The position numbers and the translations under genes were made by a program. The notes below the pieces were generated by a model. That model made no database searches, had not been told where the DNA came from, and saw only the letters and a list, made by a program, of their open reading frames with translations. This document shows, in pieces, positions 39,201 to 46,000 of a stretch of DNA of 64,000 nucleotides. The stretch is from Cenarchaeum sp. (GTDB taxonomy: Archaea; Thermoproteota; Nitrososphaeria; Nitrososphaerales; Nitrosopumilaceae), in the NCBI GenBank assembly GCA_963692915.1, contig OY843584.1, forward strand, positions 608,001-672,000, given 5' to 3'. Within the stretch, counting starts at the first letter, position 1. Every line of letters begins with the position of its first letter.

Positions 39201-39392
39201 GGCGTTAGCCCAGTGCGCAAGACCTCCAGTGCGATCCACAAAGCTGCTGCCAGTATTGTCGGCCACGGTGACCGTGAGGACGGTGACCCCCGGAGGATCC
39301 GTGTCTGCCGTTTGGGCCGTCGCACCGCTGACAGAGGCGGCAAGAAAGAGCGACATGATCGCAAACGCCAGTGTTGGCACTGCAGCCCGCAT
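30219..39392 (-). CDS. giant secreted surface protein (3057 aa) with Ig-like repeats, paralog 1
   Basis: Signal peptide, T/A/S/D-rich beta repeats (VTFxExV, DxAGN), DxDxD motifs, C-terminal DCTPPTLG...QNFFNHG domain. Confidence 0.9.
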   Translation of the reverse strand: MRAAVPTLAFAIMSLFLAASVSGATAQTADTDPPGVTVLTVTVADNTGSSFVDRTGGLAHWANAGDRITIDVTFDEDVATSPAPTIVVPGAHRTPTAVDMVNTADSNDRSWRHTFTIDAADTGGFTLTFTIVARDTATPPNVSPTSGANLINWQDTTSGSTANVLVRANVLSSAEFTGPRTILMKFVDTIATDTATTSNMAVTAPDNTLTPHDADTMPDVITVSSVSRSTARNVEATLSADAIPGVVYTIAPTFANGPGTPFDPATCGATCELTHTPPLVLSSAEFTGSKTIRMTFDDTIDMSTATTSNLGVTAPDNTLTPHDADTLPDVITVSSVARTTAMIVTATLGANAIPGVVYTIAPTFENSAGTPFDPATCAATCTLTHTPPFRVDKTGDTSYFAVLKSRADGSTIRASEFVIINLPDSTREIPVTAVGHPFSSAGRGVTSTIDNRLDFDIRVAFSGALGPDETPTIRYTSPATGGLAFGGTDLGAGVWDIVAVDKESITTFAPSVSSDGTSVRVTFSGPVTVLPESVIHVHTAAGTTGPVAGSVGGSNLMVSPTNPNEVVGTLPQRLKSGEYIPDAQNFADRATPPNQSAGKSGISVVNSPAPEISVALLTGDRTTVVRLDEAVSGTLRAADWSLAGMTSDGPVTVEIQSVRAGEHSTVDLLRSPTVELSSATAFTLRHESISNLDLTSMPGIMFAKPATLLAGQTALADSGGDPMDTDPFTLDELMLVDRTREIPPPKTVVDGTPMTLVSATLDSPTQVSATLSKSVDANIVLTGSEWTIGGGITFDSGHVAADRITLTRTQALDFTDLAAGTALLYTGSDTASNRVVDASGRNVLRTGSSVPLTDGIGPTASASFGAPGVINVAFSEALASPETIAGLTYTVTEDSTAVTLSGPHEYNPHTHTLELMLAGTATHRDVYAVALPSTGLADTSGNALTTTTVMATAPPFTAVTNSPTSTTVSFFGPPLTSGFLNLGHWIVTDDDDGDPQTSERRQISSLMLGTASVFVAQSQLLPTIKLSPSNTATEMTITHAPLSSTGSTPNVRHNLIPQIGLPPGVSGTPSAIQGLSVPYHDAEAVDNMPPTYTAKTVSRTGTDITFSEAVVLPVAGERAAGWQVGVHQASHAGSQPSGALTLYHADTASTGATPPVTYTVPTGSNAPPGIVDTVGNALSALVARMAADGAPPTPVASFGAADTITVNFGEAMANTGTIDTLTYAVTVPDGDDAGSDPDTVTPAAGSPAYNAGTNTLTITLASAATTGVEHTVSLPSTGLADAQGNAVTERSVSAAFGDAPPAAFTARTIDSRTIAVTFPLQPGGTLDADDWAVTEAGTDRRVTAVSAATGTLEGPAELLRRSIILTHDGLASTASTPKVTYTATDGDLTYGVTVLTTSQATAADTAPPEIRAAVITTPTSLHVTFTEPVTFVENIEGTSNPYVAGTEGTDNNWVVQEDDGSPSTSPVGIQVLSAMRETLSTYTLSLGSAIMADREYTVIPDYDIADMAEPANAVGAEESAMITTADSFTAETQTLTTTRVTFDGSLGGTLDTMNWTVTENDAASDAGNVALDISRVETVATSGKVTATPETSAGAGDAVTPAIPSSPAVTELLITHGPLSSTAATPSVMYVAGTLTDGVNAVLSYSTEAGDGAPPALAARDSLHMRKQASTPSNSPYLANPARLNDNVWVVITVTEPLYVGSTLIPVSATVSNTAALGTAMFFTDSGSPVTSTSVFRPDQANPLRYIYSHSVTSSSPEGDVTFSITVTDAEGSAATFTHADLTTRATNADGSSIAGAGYRVSIDRTPPTMLTDADTRTTSATSLTVKLSENLPRSATVGSADWGVAEGTTTVTVTSATLNSARDLVTIAYADADVDTSFAPTVTYMGSGLSDGAGNPLASGSTVMVPDRLVPSIVSVTFHSLRTVHVTFTEGVELPSTTAGWSIRPDLGVDSLTQPGSDNFVRMNLGSDATLGATYMIRLGQVTDKATAPNALAAGTQVTQEYLEIIPPAAYTATTHRAADSTYVRIVFTSTVTGNIHLDEWFVGTARDGTGGTQATAFSAVCTSGGAPAAVSATPFDITSICSGTDTEPLTFYIGYDAQASDATPHIAYRPASGQTMPVLLASDGTPIAGRTTAIDGLPPLFTAKTVSPRSIEVTFDEDVTAAAGGPDASRWYHYATATTPPALPTATELASAVTEGTDFGTAELVGRTLTLTLAESTVIASGWGTGDTTVTPPALGYDVPASMMSDILDTSAAANGLAANTATNDIADDAPLSAYPLTLTVADEASGSFTDRTGPNSQYANAGDRITLDVTFSEDIVTSPAPTITVPGTHRTSAPTAMGNAGDTDDRTWSHSFVVDAADDNAPFEFTIRATGANPATDVELTQSDITSGGNAVIDTVPPEFLQVFRPPGNTHQLTIYTEPVHGVASIVSSGSIGQVHTFTLTIAPEAATHTIRQVHSRVNFGPFTISISGLTDRAGNPLVPVPTMQAPLVEAGGTLSALELTVPATGEYTIEAVGEERGELGESTRIILSSLPSDTLAGTITVNVDGATVTLRQSTVVEDFGDVDTDESIAVARLPPPARGTEYVAAEGTDEETAANEAVTRVLSSRPPAILVEFGKSGDATPMTFDRPVAIRLLGAGAAAHAFWLSGADALTVHSIPECESFDDSGVPRGIGSGAIELRECRVRDGGDLVIWTNHFTRFGATQAGSGGGGGGDGCDDCTPPTLGVDSTGTRRVSQGFSYNGEAVDAEYYYTPMPLITVETGVENVAIIKVFEDTGPLNVRHVGLAFGLGRGQHFGESGAEIRVSLPYGNGNATASVGGAVDTIDAETLRASSEIGACMPGSEAECRIVTIHHTFREPLNFDVVSTVVWDERRNSWQNFFNHGVHVTGESLNPSHGIEVNGGALVLYPLIASNVDADGDGTYDYDTRHVTYMLDDEYRVYRITPAGTYEPLRNLASLYHEIDESMYEEDRATQHGWARGTDSFAELIASERAIAEEHLRAMGVAPAAPAAEPAYVASPEPEDQKEYLERLRAKIAHEINLAELALLEMYPAPPPE
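38226..38885 (-). repeat. intragenic 330-bp (110-aa) tandem domain duplication
   Basis: VLSSAEFTG...CxxTCxLTHTPP occurs twice in paralog 1 and once in paralog 2. Confidence 0.9.
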
Positions 39393-39416
39393 ACTGCCGC
39401 CCTTTCAACATACGAG

Positions 39417-39480
39417 TATATAACACAATTGGTGGGTTTGCGCCCAAAATGCCCCCCCCCCCCCCCCCCCATTATACGGC
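39417..39480 (-). promoter_or_regulatory. promoter of giant gene 1: TTATATA box plus upstream G19 tract
   Basis: TTATATA at 39423-39417, 25 nt from the ATG; 19 C on the + strand at 39452-39470. Confidence 0.8.
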
Positions 39481-39650
39481 ATGCCCCGACCTAGCCGCAG
39501 AGCCTTTTGCGAACCTTGGCTTGCCAAGCAGTATCGTTCGGGTTTCAGCAATGCTCGGCGCATCAGACTCAGAGTCGCTACGCTCGTCGTTTTCCATGTG
39601 GCAGCATGACTTAATTTCAGTGTGAAGTGCTGGGCCGTGCCCTGCTTTGC

Positions 39651-39702
39651 CCACGAATAGACGCGGGCAGCAGCTCCTGGGAACGGCACGGCATGAAATT
39701 CC
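39651..39702. repeat. ~55-bp dispersed repeat, copy 3 (diverged)
   Basis: CCACGAATAGACGCGGGCAGCAGCTCCTGGGAACGGCACGGCATGAAATTCC. Confidence 0.75.
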
Positions 39703-40031
39703 AGAGGCGGCCAACAGGCCCTGTCATGTCGCCGCGCCGGGATATCCCCGGTATACTGATGTGCGCCTTTGGCGCCCCTGCAAAAGGATCACATGCGGGA
39801 TGAGCCGTGCCGGGCTTGCGCCCTCCGGGGCGCGCTCGCCGCCGCCGGAATCGCGCGTCCTGCCCGGGATGGGCTTGCGTCGGCACGGTGTCCCGGATGC
39901 CGGGTTTGGCTGTGCCGCAGGGCCTGGCGCCAAACGGGCCTGGCGGTGCCGCCTGGGCAGAACCGCCAGTCCCGAGATCAGCAGGCTGCGATGCGCGATG
40001 GCGCGCCGTCGCACACGCGCATGCCGCGCAG

Positions 40032-43000
40032 CTATTCCGGGGGCGGCGCAGGGTACATCTCTAGGAGCGCAAGCTCGGCGAGGTTTATCTCGTGGGCGAT
40101 CTTTGCGCGGAGGCGCTCGAGGTACTCCTTTTGGTCCTCGGGCTCCGGGGAGGCGACATAGGCCGGTTCGGCAGCCGGCGCGGCCGGCACAACGCCCATG
40201 GCGCGCAGGTGCTCCTCGGCGATCGCGCGCTCGGACGCGATGAGCTCAGCAAAGCTGTCGGTGCCGCGCGCCCAGCCGTGCTGCGTCGCGCGATCCTCCT
40301 CGTACATCGACTCGTCGATCTCGTGGTGCAGCGAGGCGAGGTTGCGCAGCGGCTCGTACGTGCCGGCCGGGGTGATGCGGTAGACGCGGTACTCGCCGTC
40401 GAGCATGTACGTCACGTGGCGCGTGTCATAGTCGTACGTCCCGTCGCCGTCGGCATCGACGTTGCCGGCTATGAGCGGGTAGAGCACGAGCGCCCCGCCG
40501 TTGACCTCGATGCCGTGGCTCGGGTTTAGCGACTCGCCGGTCACGTGGACGCCGTGGTTGAAAAAGTTCTGCCACGAGTTGCGCCTCTCGTCCCAGACGA
40601 CCGTCGAGACGACGTCAAAGTTGAGGGGCTCGCGGAACGTGTGGTGTATCGTGACTATGCGGCACTCGGCCTCCGAGCCTGGCATGCACGCGCCGATCTC
40701 CGAGCTCGCGCGCAGCGTCTCGGCGTCTATCGTGTCGACTGCGCCGCCTACCGAGGCCGTCGCGTTGCCGTTGCCGTACGGCAGGCTCACCCTTATCTCG
40801 GCGCCCGACTCGCCAAAGTGCTGCCCGCGCCCCAGGCCAAAGGCCAGGCCGACGTGCCTGACGTTGAGCGGGCCCGTGTCCTCAAAGACCTTTATGATCG
40901 CGACGTTCTCGACTCCTGTCTCCACGGTTATGAGCGGCATGGGCGTGTAATAGTACTCGGCATCCACGGCCTCTCCGTTGTACGAGAACCCCTGGCTCAC
41001 GCGCCTGGTCCCCGTGGAGTCGACTCCCAGCGTCGGCGGCGTGCAGTCATCGCAGCCGTCCCCGCCGCCGCCGCTGACGCCTGGTGCAGTGGCGCCAAAG
41101 CGCGTAAAGTGGTTTGTCCATATCACGAGATCCCCGCCATCGCGCACGCGGCACTCATTGAGCTCGATGGCGCCAGAGCCAATATCTCCGGGCACTTCAG
41201 AGGCGTCACGCGATTCACACTCGGGTATGGCGTTAACGGTTAAGCCATTTGGGCCGGACAGCCAGAACGCGTGAACCGCAGCGCCGGCACCGAGCAGCCT
41301 TATTGCCACAGGCCTGTCAAATGTCATCGGAGCCGCATCGCCGCTCTTGCCTAACTCGACTAGCGTCGCCGGCGGCCTGGAGGCCAGAACCCTGGTCACT
41401 GCCTCGTTGGCCGCAGTCTCCTCCTCGTCTGCTCCTATCGCTGCGACGTACTCGGTGTCGCGCGCCGGGGGAGGGAGTCGCACGACCACTACGGACTCGT
41501 CAGTGTCAACATCTCCAAAGTCTTCGACCACCGTCGACTGGCGTAATGTGACAGTCACCCCGTCCACGTTCACCGTTATCGTTCCAGCTAGTGTGTCACT
41601 GCGTTGCTCAGTCAGGCGGATGATCGTGCTCTCGCCCAACCCGCCTCTCTCGCCCTCCGGCGCCTCGATTGTGTACGAGCCTGCAGGTGGCACGGAGAAC
41701 TCGGGCACAGCAAGAGTGCTTCCAGAGCCGGCTCTGACCGGAGTCGTTTGCTCACGGTTCACCGTGTAAACAAGCGGATTGTCGGCCCTGTCAGTCAGGC
41801 CGGTTAAAGTGAGTGAGTATGTGCCAGTGCCAGCTATGACCGCCTGGAATTGCTTGATCGTGTCCGTGGGAGCGTCGGCAGGTACGGTGAACATGTTGTT
41901 ATGGACCGGGCCAAAGGTGTGCGCCGTGTCTGGGCCCTGTGACACTGCCATGGCTGTGCCGTGCACAGGCTCGGTGAATATCAATCGCTGATCAGAATCA
42001 TGATCATTCATGGGTGGGCGAACCACGTAGAGGAGCTCTGGAGGCACGGTGTCTATGACGGCGTTGCCGCCGGACGTAATGTGCGATTGGGTCAGTTCCA
42101 CGTCAGTCGCGGGGTTTGCCCCCGTTGCGCGTATGGCAAACTCTAATGGAGCATTGTCGTCGGCGGCGTCCACCACGAACGAGTGTGACCACGTCCTGTC
42201 GTCGGTGTCGCCGTCGTTGCCCATCGCCGTCGGCGCGCTTGTCCTGTGCGTGCCCGGCACCGTTATCGTCGGTGCCGGCGACGTCACGATGTCCTCGCTG
42301 AACGTGACGTCGAGTGTGATCCTGTCACCGGCGTTGGCGTGCTGGGAGTTTGCCCCCGTCCTGTCCGTGAACGAGCCGCTAGCCTCGTCTGCGACGGTCA
42401 GCGTGAGCGGGTACGCCGAGAGCGGCGCGTCATCCGCAATGTTGTTCGTTGCCGTGTTGGCCGCCAGGCCATTGGCTGCCGCAGACGCGTCAAGTATGTC
42501 CGACATCATGGAGGCAGGGACGTCATAGCCCAGCGCGGGCGGCGTGATGGTCGTGTCGCCTGTGCCCCAGCCGCTTGTGATCACGGTCGACTCGGCCAGC
42601 GTGAGCGTGAGCGTGCGCCCTTCAAGCGTCGCGGTTCCAAAGCTTGTGCCCGCCGTGACGGCCGCGGCGAGCTCTGTTGCCGTGGGCAGTGCCGGCGGGG
42701 TCGTCGCCGTCGCATAGTGGTACCAGCGCGAGGCGTCCGGCCCGCCTGCGGCGGCAGTGACGTCCTCGTCAAACGTGACCTCTATTGACCGAGGCGAGAC
42801 CGTCTTGGCCGTAAAGAGCGGCGGCAGGCCGTCGATTGCCGTCGTGCGCCCCGCGATGGGCGTGCCGTCAGAGGCCAAGAGCACCGGCATTGTCTGGCCC
42901 GAGGCCGGCCTGTACGCGATGTGGGGGGTGGCATCAGAGGCCTGCGCGTCATAGCCGATGTAGAACGTGAGCGGCTCGGTGTCGGTGCCTTGGCATATGC

Positions 43001-46000
43001 TGGTAATGTCAAACGGCGTGGCTGACACCGCCGTCGGGGCGCCGCCGCTCGTGCACACAGCCGAGAACGCGGTGGCCTGCGTCCCGCCGGTTCCGTCACG
43101 CGCCGTGCCGACAAACCACTCGTTGAGGTGGATGTTGCCCGTGACCGTGCTGGTGAACACGATCCTGACATAGGTCGAGTCCGCCACCCTGTGGGTCGTC
43201 GCCGTGTATGCGGCCGGCGGGATTATCTCCAGATACTCTTGCGTCACCACCATGCCGGCCGCAAGCGAATTGGGCACCGTGGCCTTGTCCGTGACTTGGC
43301 CGACGCGGATCATATAGGTGTCCCCGATTGTCGCATCACTGCCGAGGTTCATGCGCACAAAGCGATCCGAGCCGGGCTGCGTGAGGCTGCTCACGCCAAG
43401 GTCAGGCGTGATGCTCCACCCTGCAGTCGTGGATGGCAGCTCGACGTCTTCGGTGAACGTCACGTGCACGGTTCTGTGCGAGGGGAACGTGACAGTGTCT
43501 ATGGAGGGCACGAGCTTGTCCGAAACGATCACCTCTGAGCCGCTGGCCAGGGGGTGGCCGGCCCCGTCACTCAGGCCAGTGCCCATATACGTCACAGTCG
43601 GCGCAAAGCTAGTGTCAACGTCCGCATCCTCGTACTCTATGTTCACTCGGTCGCGCGCCGCGTTGAGGGTCGCGCTCGTGACTGTGACTGTGGTCGTGCC
43701 CTCGGCGACTGCCCAGTCTGTTGTAAGCACCGTTGCGCTTCTGGGCAGGTTCTCGGACAGCTTTACAGTCAGCATCGTGACCGACGTCGTCCTCGTGTCA
43801 CCGTCTGTGACCATTGTGGGAGGCGTGCGGTCTATGCTGACGCGGTATCCGGCACCTGCTATGGAGCTGCCGTCAGCATTAGTCGCGCCGGTTGTCAGGT
43901 TATCATGCGTGTATGTCGCCATGTTCCCCTCAGCGTCAGTCACGGTGAGCGTGAACGTGACGTCAACCTCTGGCGAGGTGCCCGTCACGGTGTGTGAATA
44001 GTTGTACTGGTAACGGGTCGGATCAGAGGAGGCACTGCGCTTCAGACCGCCAGCTGCCGAGGCCGTCGTCGACGAGCTCTCTCCCGGAAAGAGCGTGATG
44101 GTGGCGCGGGCAGGATCATAGCTTGCAGAATCTGTCAGGATAGCCGTGCTGCCGACGTATAGCGGTTCAGTGAATATTCCTATAACCCACACATTTTCAG
44201 CTAGGAGGGCAGGTTTCGCAAAGCCCGTCGTGTTGGGCGCATTCTCTTGCGCCCTCATGTACAGCGAGTCTCCGGCTGCCAGTTCGGGCGGCGCGCCGTC
44301 ACTGGCTTCAGTCGAGTACGACAGCACGGCATTTCCGCCATCCGTCAGGGTTCCGGCCACATACGTGACAGACGGCGTGGCCGCCGTCGAGGAGAGCGGC
44401 CCGTGCGTGATGAGCAGCTCCGTGACGGCAGGACTCGACGGTATGGCAGGCGTGACTGCGTCACCGGCCCCCGTCGTGGTCTCGGGCGTTGCAGTCACCG
44501 AGCCGGAGGTCGCCACAGTCGCCACGCGCGATATGCCCAGCGCCGCGTCCGGCGAGCCGGCAATGTCGTTCTCGGTGACCGTCCAGTTCCTCGTGTCAAG
44601 CGTGCCTCCAAGGCTGCCATCAAACGTGACCTTTGTTGTGGTCAGCGTCTGCGTCTCGGCCGTAAACGAGTTCGCAGGCGTGATCATGGCCGACTCTACT
44701 GCGCCCACCGCGTTGGCAGGCTCGGCCATGTCCGCTATATCATAGTCTGGAATCACCACGTACTCCGTGCCAGCCACGATCGGCGAGCCGAGGCTGAGTG
44801 TGTACGTTAACGGTGTTGGGCGCGTGGCGGACAGCACTTGTATCTCCACAGGGGTGACGGAGATGCTGCCTTCTTGTTCCACAACCCAGTCGTTGTCCGT
44901 GCCTTCGATGGCCGCGACGTACGGGTTGGACGTGCCCTCCATGTTCTCCACAAACGTGACGGGCTCGGTGAACGTGACGTGCAGCGAGGTCGGCGTGGTT
45001 ATCACGGCTGCCCTTATCTCCGGGGGCGCCGTGTCGGCGGCGACTGCCAGACCTGTTGGCACAGGCGTACTGCCGTAGTACAGGTCACCACTCGCCGAGC
45101 TGTATGTCACTTTTGGCGTCGAGGCCGTCGAGGCCAGGCCAACGTGAGTCAGGACGTACGAGCGGGCGAGCACTTCCATATCTTCAAAGATACCAATTGC
45201 CGACGTGACTGCCATGACCATCCTGTCCGTGCCGTCCTCGCTCACTTTCCAGTCGTTGACATCGAGTGTGCCGGTCGGGCGCGACGGAAATGTCACGGCG
45301 ATGTGATCTGAGTCTAGCGTCCTTGCAGTAAAGACTGCCGGCGGGGCGTCCCCGTTTGCAGCTGACACCGAGCGCTCCGTGACTGCGTTGCCCTGCGCGT
45401 CGGCCAGTCCGGTCGACGGCAGGCTGACCGTGTGCTCTATTCCATTAACGGCGTTGGAGGCCAGCGTGATGGTAAGCGTGTTTGCGCTTGCGTCATACGC
45501 CGGCGATCCCGTTGCCTGCGGTACGGTGTCCGGAGCGTCACCATCATCGCTTCCATCAGGCATTGTGACTGTGTACGCCAGGCCGGCTATTGTCCCCGCG
45601 TTGGCCATCGACTCGCCAAAGTTGACTGTGATCATGTTATCCGCGCTAAACGAGGCAACGGGTGCTGGCGGCGTGCCGTCTGTGGCCTGAGGGGCGGGCA
45701 GCGCATTAAGCGTTTTGTCCGCAAGATCCACGATCCCCGGCGGGGCACTATCGCCAGTCGGCACCGTATAGGCAACTACCGGCATGGCAGCAGTTGAGCC
45801 CGTGTCCGGGTGTGTCAGTGTGAGTGCGCCGTTGAGCTGGCTGCCAGCAGCCGAGGCGCCAAACCCGCCAACAGTCCATCCGGCAGCGCGCGAGCCGACG
45901 GCGGGCAGGACGACGGCCTCGCTGAACGAGACGTCCGTCTCGGTTCGGCTCACAGTCTTTGCCGTGTACGTCGGCCGCACTGCGTCGACGGACTCGGCGG

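Noticed and set aside
39720-40010. Second IS66-like relic on the minus strand
   Set aside because: Only vague resemblance (GGGERAPEGA...VILLQGRQRRTSVY); the diagnostic PTNNxAE motif is not visible
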